DNA of 64,000 nt from Octopus vulgaris. Taxonomy: Eukaryota. Location of the stretch: the NCBI GenBank assembly GCA_951406725.2, contig OX597815.1:156302001-156366000 (forward strand), given 5' to 3'. The first letter of the stretch is position 1, and every line of letters begins with the position of its first letter. Below, one piece after another: positions 38,803 to 52,299 of this stretch. The translations under genes were made by a program, and so were the position numbers. The notes beneath the pieces are model-generated. The model made no database searches, had not been told where the DNA came from, and saw only the letters and a list, made by a program, of their open reading frames with translations.

Positions 38803-39849
38803 GGCGCCGGCGTGACTGTGTGGCTCTTACGATTTACACCCAAGTGGTTTTGAGTTTAGTCTTACTGCATGACATCTTAGGTGCATGTCTTCTATTCTGC
38901 CGTAGAAGACACTTACCCAAGGTGCCACACACTGGGACTGAACCCGGAACCTTGTGGTTCGTAAGCAAGCTACTTACCACACAGCCACTCCTATGCCTAT
39001 AGGAACTCTTTTATTTTTTACTTGTTTCAGTCATAGTATAGTGGTCATACTGAGGCAGTTTTGAAGGCTTTGGTCAAAGAAATAGGCATCAATACTTTTA
39101 TTTTATGCCTGATACTTATTTTAATGGTCTCTTTTGCCGAAACCCTGAAACTATGTGGAGACCCGTTGAGTATATATGTATATGTGTGTCTTGTGTTTGT
39201 CTCTCTTCACCCTCGTCTGACAGCGCGTATCGGTCTATTTAAGACCCAGTAACAGAGAGGTTCGGTAAAAAAGAACGAGAGAATAAGTATCAATTTTTGA
39301 ACAAGATTATAAATGTTGGACTCTGTTTGCTCATCTAGAGCCTTTCAAGACCACAGTCCAATCACTGAAGTAAGATAAAAGGAGATATAGATTGAGGGAC
39401 CGAAGCTTTATAATGGACGTTATGCATCTTAAACCAACTTTTTTCTGTACGGTAATTATTGTATACTCTTTTACTTGTTTCAGTTATTTGACTGTGGCCA
39501 TGCTGGAGCACCGCCTTTAGTAAGCCTAGTACTTATCTATCGGTGTCTTTTGCCGAACCGCCAAGTTACGGGGACGTAAACACACTAGCATCGGTTACCA
39601 GGCGATGTTGTGGGGACAAACACAGACACACAAATTTGACCGCGTGTGTATCGTTGGCGATTTTCTTTCTCCGTCTTACCGTCCTTGGACTTTTCCTTTT
39701 TTCTATATTTCTGACGAAGAGCTCCACTCGAAACGTTAAATCCTCCTTCTTGCTTTCCTTTCCTGAACGTCCAATAACACTATACTTGTTCCACGTCCTC
39801 GTGTTGTTGTGTTTTCGCTTTGTGCATGCTTGGATTTTATCTATATATA

Positions 39850-39894
<45 letters not shown>

Positions 39895-40310
39895 ACGGGC
39901 TTCTTTCAGTTTCCGTCTAGCAAGGCTTTGGTCGGCCCGAGGCTATAGTAGAAGACACTTAATCAAGGTGCCACACACTGGGACTGAACCCGGAACCATG
40001 TGGTTCGTAAGCAAGCTACTTACCACAAAGCCACTCCTACGCCTATGGGAACTCTTTTATTTTTTTACTTGTTTCAGTCATAGTATAGCGGTCATTCTGA
40101 GGCAGTTTTGAAGGGTTTGGTCAAAGAAATAGGCATCAATACTTTTATTTTATGTCTGATACTTATTTTAATGGTCTCTTTTGCCGAAGTTCTGTATTGG
40201 TTTCAAATTTTGGCACAAGGTCAGCAATTTCGTCGAAGGGAGCAAGTCAATTACATTGACCCTCAGCGCTCAGGTACTTGTTTTATCGACCCGGAAAGAT
40301 GAAAGGCAAG
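38803..40310. mobile_element. Nest of SINE A fragments (both strands) plus a SINE B fragment, including a local duplication of about 240 bp
   Basis: Homology to 22791-23240; 38902-39141 is nearly identical to 39948-40188. Confidence 0.8.
39707..39741 (+). ncRNA. Minimal hammerhead of Penelope pLTR type
   Basis: auuu-CUGACGA-a-gag(cucca)cuc-GAAAC-GUU-aaau. Stem III is loopless and palindromic (ACGU). Confidence 0.7.
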
Positions 40311-41355
40311 TGTAATGGGTAGCGCGTCCGTCTCATAATCCAAAGCCAAACTCCTAAATTAAAAGGACATAAACAAACGCACACCTGTTGTCAAATGGTA
40401 AAAGGAACACAGACAGCATACACACGCACACGCACGCATACACACACATACACGCACACACACACACACACACATACACACACACTCACGCAGACACTCA
40501 CGCACATATTCATATGACGAGTTTCCTATCTAACAAATTCAGTCATAAGGCATCGGTCCCTCAGGGTCTTTAGTAAGTGATGCACAGTGGAACTGAACGC
40601 GAAACCTCGCAAGTGCGAAGTGAACTTCCTAATCACACATCCATGCTCTTTCTCTTTTATTCATCAGACAATAAGATTTCTATATTTTCACTAAGTAAAA
40701 AATATGTGGCAAAAGTGTCGTACCCCACTTGTAATAAGGATCTGATATTCAGTGGAAATTGAAATTGTGTTGCTAACTGTCTAGGTAAGGCGTCATACCC
40801 TACCAAAACTGAAAGCTCACATGCGCTCGATAACAATTGCTGCACGAGAAATAGTAAAGTCGATGACAACAAAAAAAAACAAAACAAACAAAACAAAACG
40901 ATAAACAGACGGATGACAATTGCGTCACTGGTGATGTTAACACAATGACAAAAATAATGACGGCGACAACGAAAAACGATTACGATAACGATCAGGATAA
41001 TTGTGGTGGTGCAGGTGGTAGTTGTGGTGGTGGTGGTGGTGGGTATGATAACGGTGGAGACGGTGGTAAAAGCACAGCAACAGTGATGACATAATGGGAT
41101 TATTGATCAATGACGATCTGAGCGATGTTGTATTACTAAAGATGCCAACTGTGTGGAAACAAACTACATCACTTCAGGCAACAGCACCACACCCCTCCTA
41201 CCACCACATAGTCTCTTTATTGTCTTTCGTCCTTCTGGGCATTGTTCTGACAGTCTCCCCCCCTTCTCCACGCACACACACGCATACTCATATACTTACA
41301 CACTCTATACACGCGTGTGTATGTGTGTGTGCATCTCTCTATCTTTCTCTTTATC

Positions 41356-41411
<56 letters not shown>

Positions 41412-41545
41412 TATATATAGGGAGAGTTTACGAATAAAACAAAAGATGAAGACAGGTGGTGTACAAAACAAACAGATGTATTAGTATAACGCTTAGGAAT
41501 AGGAAAAGTCTTTTACGTTTCGAGCCTACGCTCGAATATATATAT

Positions 41546-41614
<69 letters not shown>

Positions 41615-41615
<1 letters not shown>

Positions 41616-42007
41616 CTTTTATCTTTTATTTCTTTCAGTGATTAGACTGCGGCTTTACTGAAGCATCATATTGAAGAATTTTGTTTAATCGAATGAAACG
41701 ACCCGACTACTTATCTTTTAAAGCCTGTTACGTATTCTATTGGAATCTACTGTCGAACCGCTGAGATACGCGGACGTAAACACCTGTTGTCAGTTGGTGG
41801 TAGGTGATAACCCCAGGCACACACACACACACACACACACATAAATATATATACGACGGATTTTTTTTTTTTAGTTTCTGTCTACCAAATCTACCCACAA
41901 GGCTCTGGTGGCTATAGTAGAAAACACTTGCCCAAGGTGCCGTGCAGTAGGACCGAACCTACAACATGTGGTTGGGAAGCAAGCTTCCTACCACACAGCC
42001 ACGCCCA
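41615..42007 (-). mobile_element. SINE family A (diverged)
   Basis: Matches 22791-23240. Confidence 0.8.
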
Positions 42008-42469
42008 TCCTATCATTTTCTTCATTCCTCTTTTCTGTTGTTTTCCTTTTTCCTGTCATATCTATTTAGATATTTTCACCAATATTACGAAAACATGCTT
42101 CTTATATCGACGTATAGAATTCCATTCGATTTACTTAGACTGTGACACCCAAAAAGACATTTCTTAAGGCTTACCACTTCAGTTCTGATAACGTCATCAT
42201 CATAATAATATTAGAATGACGGCAAAAACGATAATTGATTTTCGTTGCCACAAAGATAGTATGTATAAAATGTCTAAGAAAATGGTTATATGGAAAGAGG
42301 ATGCAATTATACATTTATATATCTAAAAACTGAAGAGAAACAAAATTGCCAAATCATATATGAAGAAGCACCAATAATATGAAAAGGAAATAGATGATAC
42401 AAGCATCGTAAAGTCAGAGATGTGTGTCTGTGTGCACGTGCGTGCAAATACACAAAAGGTGAATATATA

Positions 42470-42690
42470 TTGTTTTCAAATTTTGGTACATGGCCAACAA
42501 TTTCGGGGATGTGCGTGATCGATTACATCGACCTCAGTGCTTAACTGGTATTTTTTTCATCGACTCCCCGAAAGGATGAAAGGCAAAATCGATCTCGGCG
42601 GAATTTGAATTCAGAATATTAAGATGGGCGACATGTCGCTAAGCCTTTTTTGCCCGGCGTGCAAACGATTTTGCCAGCCAGCTGTCTTAT
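42470..42690 (-). mobile_element. SINE family B with probable 10-bp TSD gtgaatatat
   Basis: Core aaaggatgaaaggcaaaatcgatctcggcggaatttga; gtgaatatat occurs at 42459 and 42692. Confidence 0.85.
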
Positions 42691-43296
42691 AGTGAATATA
42701 TTTTCAAAGAAATAAGACTAGCCCATCCATAGACACAACATAGGTTGGATCAAACCACCCTACAACCATGATCTCTTTCTGCCCCTAGATCTCGAATCTA
42801 CTACTTCCAAAATTACGCGTGAACAGTTATGGCCTCAAGTAAAGCTAGAACTATGACTCTTCGTCTTATACGTTGTACTCTAGTTTTCGCCAATAACATT
42901 ATTATTCAAGTTTCCCACAAAACCAGACACCATCTCCCCATCAGTCAGTATATTTTCCCTATCTTTTTTCTTCAGAAATTCCTGTTTATCATTGGTGATT
43001 CGAAAGAACCGTTAATTTCAAAACAATCTGAAGCGCAGATGAGTTGCCTTTCTTGTATTTTGCTTGATAATCTTTGATGTCCAGAAAAATCTGTTCTGTA
43101 TTTCCAGCATCCATCTTTCCCAGATCATCCCAAGGCGATCATTTACCACTGGCCATGTCCTTTTGGTCAGCTCTCTGCTGAAGAATGGGAAACTTCGGCT
43201 TTTACTACACGTCAGATCTAATGCAGCACAATTATCAGTCTACAATTTTCTGCTGGCAGAACTTAGATTTTGTAATTCGATAACAGAGTAGAAAGG

Positions 43297-44000
43297 AAAG
43301 AAATTGAAAAAACAAAGTAGAGAAATATCAGGATCAGGCCAGAGATTGAAGAGGTTACTCTTTTACTCTTTTGCCTGTTCAGTCATTTGACTGCGGCCAT
43401 GCTGCAGCACCGCCTTTGATCGAAGAAATGGACCCCAAGACTTATTCTTTCTAAGCCTAGTACTTATTCTATCGGTCTCTTTTCCCCGAATCACTTGGCT
43501 TCGGGGACATGAACATCCCAACATCGGTTGTCAAGCGATGGTAGAAGGATAAACATAGACACGAAGGCACAGACACATTAATATACATACATACATACAT
43601 ACATATATGCATGCATATATACATAAAGGACTTCTTTCAGCTTCCGCCAACCAAACCCACTCTCAAGGCTTTGGTCGGCCCGAGACTAAATTAGAAGACA
43701 GTTTCCCAATTTTCCACGCAGTGGGCCTGAACCTGGAACCATGTGGTCGGAATGCAAGCTTCTTACCACACAGCCACTCTTGCGACTAGGTTGTGGAATA
43801 TTAAAACAATAATTATTCCGATAGTAAGTGGTGCACTTGACACAACGCCCAAACCGATAAGTAAGAAACTGAAAGAGATGGGAACTGAGACTCGCATTAT
43901 TGACCCGGAGAAAAGTGCTAGTGAATATTCTGCCTGAATCTTAAGAAAGATTCTTAAGATTTGAGGAGACTTATTGTCATCACACCTCAAGATAATATTC
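43297..44000 (+). mobile_element. R4/Dong-like LINE C-terminal fragment interrupted by a SINE A
   Basis: KEIEK..VEKYQDQARD*R | RLWNIKTIIIPIVSGALD...EKSASEYSA*ILRKILKI* fits the RLE tail KExEKxxKYxDL...LW...IPIVIGALG...LQK...ILRKxL. Confidence 0.75.
43356..43787 (-). mobile_element. Full-length SINE family A
   Basis: Matches 22791-23240; aggtt on both flanks. Confidence 0.88.
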
Positions 44001-46762
44001 TCGCTAATTGAATCAGCATGTAATATATTTCTGATGGATTTAATGATGGGGAATCAATAAAATGTTTACATCAAGTGGAGACAAAACATCTTGATATTAA
44101 CACCATTGTTTGTAGCTATTTAAACGGCTATACTGTGAGTATTCCGCTATAGCAATAGCTTAAACAACGTGGGAAAGAGAGCGTTAGTAGTAGCAGTAGT
44201 TGTGATGGCAGTGGCAACTTTAGTTAGGATAACGAAACATACAGACATAAAGCGATAGAGAAAGGGCGTGATTGAGAGAATGAGTGGGAGAAAATTGAAT
44301 CAAGAGAATAGCGGAATGAATGAAGTATCAACTTCAACAGGAGATATATAGAGAGAAAGAAAGCATCGCAGAGATAGAAAGCAAAATGAAAGACATAAAG
44401 AATGCCTGGAAAAAAAGAGGAAAAAAACTTAGAGAAAATATAAATAATAGAGAGAATGAATAGTAAAATTTTTAAAAAAGCATAATACGAAGGAGAGGAC
44501 TACAGAGATGTCGTGGCGCAACGCTAGTGGTTCTAATGGTAAATTTTCGTGGTGATGGTGGCAGTAGTGATGGCGCTTGTTTATCGCTGGTAGTCATGAG
44601 AGTGGTGGTGGTGGTGGTGGTGGTGGCAGAGGCTTTAATACTATTATTATAGTGGTCGTTTGGTTACCGTTGGTGGCGCCGGTTGTTTGTTAGTTGTCGA
44701 TAGTTAAGGTAGAACCGGCAATGGCGACGGTGGCTCCTTTTCGTTTTTGTCTGTTTGATTATTATTTTTTGTTGCTTTTTATTTAATCTCATCAAATTCT
44801 GGAATATGTTTTCATTATTCGGACAAGCATCCCACTGATGTTGATTAAAACATTAAATAAATACTTTATAACAGACATACATACAAACGTGTATGTGTAT
44901 GTATGTGTGTGTGTGTCTGTGTGTGTCTGTGTGTGTGTGTGTGTGTGTGTGTCAATTATTTCAATTATTTCAAGTATAATATGCCAGATTATAAAGGAGC
45001 CGTAAATATGAGGTTTTAATTTACTTAACACAAAATAAAAACTGGTTAACTTCTATAAGATTAGTTGAAATGGATGCTTATTGATTTAGTTGTATTTTTC
45101 TCTGCTATGTTGTTTTGCAAATAAAAAAAGACAAGTTAATATGATGTCGTAAATATGTACTCGAAGATTAATATGTATTCAATATATTTAAGTTTTCTTT
45201 CTTGTGAGGTTTCCTCGAACTCAACTGGTAGCTGTGTGTCTTGGCTGCATGCTGTGCTTTCATTTTTTCTTTTGTTCTTTTTGCTTTTGTATTTTCTGCT
45301 GCATTGACATTTCTCTGTGTAATATGAGTGGACAATGTTTTCTTTTGCTTTTTGTTTGTTTTTGGTGATTATTCTGAGGCCATGCTGGGCTTTAGTAAAA
45401 TAAAATCACCGCAGTCCTTCAATGTTAAGTCTCATATCTATTCTGTAGGTTTCTTTTGATGAATCAACACCAATTGCGACGTGGAATGAGACACACAAAC
45501 GGAGACACACACACATGCGCAGAAAATCGTGCGCACATACACAAACACACACACACATATATGACGGGCTTCTACACAATTTCCGTCTACGAAAATCGCA
45601 AGTCATTGGTTGACCCGGAGCTATAATAAAAGACAATTAACCAACGTACCGTGTAGTGGGATTAAACCTGAAACCACGTGATTGCAAAGCAAGATTCTTA
45701 ACTACACATACATTTCCTGAACATGTAAAAAGCAGAAACGAAGTCGCCAAGCAGCATTTGACGTTTCAAGACAAACACTTTCTCTGGTAGCAATTTTGTT
45801 TCTTTTGTCTTTTATTATTAAAACTTCATTTTCTCCCGTTCAGATAAAACACATGTCCTCACTCACCATCTGTATTGTATGACTTGCACCGACTTAGAAC
45901 TCCAGCATCTTATATATTTTGTGTCTGTAAATCCCGATGTCATGGTAATACAGTCTAGCTTTATCTTTGCTTATCATTTATGGTATTTCTCATTATGGGA
46001 ATTGATTCTGTTTGCAGTCTACACTCTCAGGTTATCTACGCCATTACATTTTGCTTGTTTCTTTATTTGTATCAATATATATTGCCATTCTCTTTTTTCT
46101 ATTCTTGTAAGCATTATTTATAATTTAAAATAGATTCCCGTCGATCCTGTTGGCGAACTCCTGTCTTGGGACTTACTGATAACCTGACTATTCAAATCTC
46201 AAATCTCAGGGACATTACAAAAGTTTTATAACAGAACACAGAATGGTATTTTTCTATCATTCAGTAATAGTTCGCTATATACATTGTTCACTTCGAGTGT
46301 CTTTTAGATTTGATATTGACCGACTAGTTTGACTTTATGTGCAACGGTCACAAAGTCGAGAATCTATCACATTACAATGATTTTGAAATGGAAATAAGTA
46401 GCAGATGTTGAATACGAACAACAACATACGACTAGCAACAACAGCAGCAGCAGCGGTAGAGACAGCAGCAGTAGAGGCGGCAGCAACAACAACAACAATG
46501 ATTTCAAATTTTGGTACAAGGCCAGCAATTTCGGGGAAGTGGTAAATCGATTACAATGACCCCAGTATTCTATTGGTACTTATTTTGTAGACCCCCGGAT
46601 ATGATGTAAGGCAAAGTCGACCTCAGCAGAAGAAGAAGAAGAAGAAGAAGAAGAAGAAGAAGAAGAAGAAGAAGAAGAAAAAGAAGAAGAAGAAGAAGAA
46701 GAAGAAGAAAAAGAAGAAGAAGAAGAAGAAGAGAAGAAAAAGAAGAATGATAAATAGATTCG

Positions 46763-46956
46763 TTTACTCTTGTACTTATTTCAGTCATTTAGTCGAGCAA
46801 ATCGACCCCGTGACTTATTCTTTGTAAGCCTAGTACTTATTCTATCGGACAGTTTTGCAGAACCGCTAAGTTACGGGAACATAAACACACCAGCATCGGT
46901 TGTCAAGCGATGTTGGGGGGACAAACACAGACACACAAACATACACACAAACAAAG

Positions 46957-47012
<56 letters not shown>

Positions 47013-47175
47013 GACGGGTTTCTTTCGGTTTCCGTCTACCAAATCCACTCACAGTGCTTTGATCGGCCCGAGGCTATAGTAGAAGACACTTGCCCAAAGT
47101 GCCACACAGTGGGACTGAAGCCGGATCCATGTGGTTCGTAAGCAAGCTACTTACCACACAGCCACTCCTACGCAT
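46763..47175 (-). mobile_element. SINE family A (near full length)
   Basis: High similarity to 22791-23240. Confidence 0.9.
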
Positions 47176-47568
47176 ATGATGATAATAATGATAATAATTA
47201 GAAAACAATGGATAATAAAGAACAGACACAAAAACACTGATAAAACATTGCTGCACTTAAACCTCTACTCATAGTTCATAAAATCGTCCTGTCTGATACA
47301 CTGTATAGTCGATACCACCTTCAAATCAATTCGGCAACACACACTATACGGAACCACAGCGCAATTATATAACCCAACCTACACAACACATACTATATAC
47401 TATCAGTGCTTATTAGCAAAAAGATATACTCTTCTCCAGGTATGAGTAACCTGTGATCTTTGACTCCTTTAAATGATACTTTCTAGTAAAGGTTTGGATT
47501 CTGAGTAAAGGCTAAATATTCTTGATAACATATTATTATATAATATATAATAATATTCTTAAATTCTT

Positions 47569-47782
47569 GGGTGGCGAGCTAGCAGAATCGTTAGCACGCC
47601 GGACAGGGTGCCTAGCAGCATTTCGTCCGTCTTTAAGTTCTGAGTTCAAATTCCACTAGCGTGATTTTGCTTTCCATCCTTGTCAGGGTCGATGAAATAA
47701 GTACCACTCGAACACAAGGGTCAATGCGATCCACGAAACCCTTTTGCACGAAACTGCTGGCCTTGTTCCAAAATTAGAAATC
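47569..47782 (+). mobile_element. SINE family B with 17-bp TSD
   Basis: aatattcttaaattctt at 47552-47568 and 47783-47799; head ggcgagctagcagaatcgttagc and B-box gagttcaaattcc. Confidence 0.9.
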
Positions 47783-48474
47783 AATATTCTTAAATTCTTT
47801 ACACCTATAAATTTCTAGTTTTTCTGTATATTTCTTACTTAAATAATTATAATAAAATAATTATGATTAATATTTCTAATTATATAATTTTCAGCAGAAA
47901 TGTAATTACAATTTTCTGTATATTTAATATCTTCCTTTCATGTATCAGTCTTAAATTTCATTTAATTGAAAGCAGCTTTTCAATATAAAAAGGTTCCCCA
48001 CCCTTGTTCTTTCGATAATATATCACAACCCACACAGCAAACGCTTTACACAATTACCACCGATAAAATAACACAAAGCATACTCTTACATAATCGATAT
48101 TCAATACAATAACACATCCCACACACCACCAACAGCACACGCAGCTCATATTACCACCCAATAATATAACACAACTAACGTAATCTATACAGTACACACA
48201 GTACATGATCACCAACAAACAAAATAACACAACTCATATTGTACATATTCTACACAACAAACAAAACACTGATGTAAACAGTAAACATCAGGAACAACAA
48301 AATACACTCAATAACCAAGCAAAACAGACCCGATATGCAAACACAATATTCTACATTCTTAAACGATAAGTCGGCACACACCTTACACAGGAATCTGTTA
48401 AAATCAGAATGATGAAGGTGACGACGAAGACGACGGTCATGATGACCATAGTGGTGGTGGTGGTAGTGGTGATT

Positions 48475-48688
48475 TCTGTTTTAAGTACAAGGCCGGCAAT
48501 TTTTGAGGGGAGGTAGAGTCATAGAAACCATAAAATACCCAATGTTTGATTAGTATCTTATCTTATCGAACCTCGAAAAGATAGGAAATGTTGACTTTGG
48601 CGCGGTATGGATTCAGAAGGCGAGGATGGTGATGAAACACCGCAGGCATTTTGTCCGATGTCTAAAGATACTGGATATTCAATACATT

Positions 48689-48732
<44 letters not shown>

Positions 48733-48960
48733 TCATTCTACTATAGGTATAAGACAGAAGAGCTGAAATTTTTTAAGAAGGGGCCAGTCAATAACATCAA
48801 TAATGTCAACCCCAGAACATGACAAGTACTTATTTATCGACTCCGAAAAGATGAAAGGCAATGTCAACCTCGACGGGATTAGAGCTCCGAAAATAAAGAA
48901 CTGGCAAAAACGCTGCTAAGCATTATATCCGATGCGCTAACAACTCTGCCAGCCAGCGAC
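48475..48960 (-). mobile_element. Two old SINE B copies separated by (AAT)n
   Basis: Degenerate family-B cores at about 48475-48680 and 48740-48960. Confidence 0.65.
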
Positions 48961-48988
48961 AATATATTAATTATTATTATTATTGTTG

Positions 48989-49062
<74 letters not shown>

Positions 49063-49109
49063 TTATGTTTGACTTTTGCTTTACATTTCTACAAGTCTCA
49101 CCCAGAGTC

Positions 49110-49298
49110 CCCCAACATCGCTTGACAACCGATGCTGGTGTGTTTACGTCTCCGTAACTTAGCGGTTCGGCAAAAGAGACCGATAGAATAAGTACTAGGC
49201 TTCCAAAGAATAAGTCCTGGGGTCGATTTGCTCGACTAAAGGTGGTGCTCCAGCATGACCGCAGTCAAATGACTGAAACAAGTAAAAGAGTAAAAGAG
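49110..49298 (+). mobile_element. SINE family A, 3' half
   Basis: Near-identical to 23050-23240. Confidence 0.92.
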
Positions 49299-50117
49299 TA
49301 TTATAAACATTCGTAATAATTAAAAAGCTACGTTGTAATTACTTGGAATTCGGTGGAGCAACAACCTACATACGACTGAGGTTTGCAAATTATGATGAGT
49401 CAGAATACACCGAGACACCACTGAGCATTTACCACTTCTTGTTCATGGTATCGGAAACGCAAGAAATATCTCATGTCTTCTTAATTGCAAGTTAATAGAT
49501 GGTAGGCTGTAAGTGTGGTTTCCACTACGAGTCTCTGTTTCACCGAGTAGAATGTTTCACAGAGTAGAAACTCAACTAATGTATTACTACTCTCTTGCTT
49601 TTCACGTTTTGAGTGTGTGTTTGTGTATGACAGAAGGAGAGAGAGAAAGAGAGGGAGAGAAATAGAAAGAGAAGAAGGGAGGGAGCGTGAGTGGGCCTTC
49701 GCAGAACTGTGAATTACATAGAATTCCAATGCGTAATAGGCTTTTCGTCACACTTTTTCGTTGCTGTATTTCTTTCTGTCAGTGACTACCTTCACTGCGC
49801 GGAATACTTCTTCCCAATACAATAAAAACTTTACAAGACATAAAAGTGTAAAGTTTCCGAAGATAAATCTTTTTTCCACCCTAAGTTAAAAGGTATGAAT
49901 ACTGAAACTGATTCAAAGTCTTTTATCGATAAAATTATACGCACAAATTTCCTTCCATTAAATCCAAATCTTGTTTTTCTACTGGATTATTTAAGACACT
50001 CAAAAAAGTCAATAAAACACTACTACTACTACTACTACTACCATTAATACTAATAATGATGATAATGATGATGATGATGATGATGATGATGAAGATAATA
50101 ATAATAATAATAATAAT

Positions 50118-50625
50118 AAATGCCCTGATGCAGTACCAGGCAGTGGCTCTCATGGTTTCTGATCTTAACTGATTGGAAGTATTATCATGTACATTGTTTT
50201 GTCTTGGTATAAAAGATGGGCTACAGCAAATATTCTGCGCAATACCACAGATTTGCTTGTCAGTTGTTTGACCTTAACCAGTTGAGCATGTCCCTTAGTG
50301 GCTGACGATATGTGCATCTCTGATCACGAGCAGAAGTAGTGGGGGAGCATCATAGCCATATGTTGAGAAGGATTCTTTGGGGTTTCAATGATTCACCTCT
50401 GGAAACATGGGTGTTTCGTTCAACGTCCTTAAATAACCCTTATTCAGGGACCTTTTGAGCGGGATGGGTTACTCGATCTGAAGAAAATTTTAACTGGGCT
50501 CCACCTGCAAGGTCATGTGCTGTTTATCTTGATATGAGATCACCATGTCGCGCACATATGGTTGTGATGCATGTGCCTGGTGACTACCCTTATCAGACGG
50601 GTAGTCATGATGGGTATACTGGCAT
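50118..50625. mobile_element. Probable interspersed repeat of unknown class inserted in (TAA)n
   Basis: GC-richer block sharply bounded by (TAA)n. Single copy in this window, so repeat status is inferred. Confidence 0.4.
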
Positions 50626-50879
50626 GCTCTGCTCGCTCACTCAATAATAATAATAATAATGATTTCAAATTTTGGCACAGCCCCAGCAGTTTCAGTGGAA
50701 TGGATAAGTCTGGTACTTATTTTATCGACCCCGAAAAGATGAAATGTAAATTCGACCTTTGCGGAATTTCAACTTAGAACGTGAAGAGGGATGAAATAAT
50801 AATAATGATGATATAGTCCAAGTTTTAAATCAGAGGATGCGTATTTTGGATGTAATGTATAATAAGCATGAAAAGTGCA

Positions 50880-52280
50880 AGTGTAAAATTTTTTTATCTA
50901 GAAACAAATTAGACCTCGAAGACGAAATTAACACTTGCAAAATAAATGAAAATAAATAAAATAAAAATTAAATGCAAATCGCAAAATGCATCCTGTACAC
51001 TCAAAGACAAACTAGATCAACATAAGCAGTAGTATATTAAAGAAAATATGAGTAAGATTTAAGAATAGGAAATTCTGATGGAGGAAATCATAGCTATAAC
51101 AATGTAAAATTGGAAATAATTCAAGAAATGAAACTAATCGATTTTCCTCTGGACAAACAAATAAAAGTGCAAAGCATTGATATAAAACACAATGAGGAAA
51201 TACCAACGGCAGAAAATTCGCAAACATATTTGTCACATATGTAGTTACTACAGACACAAACATCGATATCACCTGACTAAATGAAATAATATATGCAACA
51301 GCCACTGTCGTCACAAAAGAAAACAGTTAGTCAGGTTTACTTAAATAGAAATATCAAAACCTAAGCAAACAACGTGGAAAACACGCACGGACAAGGTTAG
51401 AAAATAAGAGAAAAGTTATCTTAGTCCTTAACAAATTCAATAAAAAGAAAGGAAGGAAGCAAGGAAGAGCTAATACAATACATATTCAAATCTAAGAGTT
51501 CATAAAACAAGACATACTCCTACTCGTTGTTATGAAAAACAATAAATCAAAAGAGAAACAAAGAGTCCAATTCTATCCCAGAATGATTTTATCAGGAACT
51601 CGGTGAAAAGAATAATAAAAATCAATTCAGTATCAAGGGCAACAGCAACAAAAATAATTTTGAGGCCTATAGCTGCGGCGAAAGCACACAGATAAGATAG
51701 CTTAAATAATTTACAGAAAATAATATTTTCTACAGGGCCAAAATAAACTAGTAAGACTCGAAAGAAAAGAAAATAAAAACACTGAATTTACACTGTGAAT
51801 TCGAGAATTTGCTATTGAAAGACTATATTTAGTGGGGATACAGAAAGTCAGAAGTCTAATGCAGTTAGGAAGCTATTACAAAATATCGACCGTAGGATTA
51901 CAAAAATTTGTGGTAGAGAATAATGGAACATTAACAGAAATAGCTTTGTATCACGTAGAATAAAAATGAATCCCTATTTTCTGTTTTATTCATAGATCGG
52001 AAACAGAAGCTGAAAAGAAAGATAGTTAATGAGAAAACGGAGAAAAATCTGCAAAAACTATGACAAGGCTAGAAATTAGCTAAACTTAGTGCTACGGAAT
52101 GCTTTGTTAAAATGATGACAAAAAAGACCTTTCATTGAAGTTTCTAAAATATCTGAATCAGCGTCGATTAGGAATATTTCCACTTTCATTGCAAAGCACA
52201 AACTCAAAGACTAAAAGGTCTTTGTTGGCTGCGCAGTGTACAAGGGGCATAATTACTTTTTCGTTATATTTGGCGGGACG
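50880..52280 (+). pseudogene. Highly decayed R4/Dong-like LINE ORF (N-terminal region to RT)
   Basis: A-rich strand bias; scattered motifs in expected order: DIT*LNEIIYATATVV, TTWKTR, FYQEL, KYRP. Many stops and frameshifts. Confidence 0.5.
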
Positions 52281-52299
52281 AAAAGTTTGAATCAGACAT

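Noticed and set aside
42830-43290. Coding-like composition block
   Set aside because: No frame gave a recognisable domain.
47990-48400. Degenerate ACACA-rich stretch with an apparent loose periodicity
   Set aside because: Low-complexity sequence with no definable unit; not a CRISPR-like repeat-spacer array.
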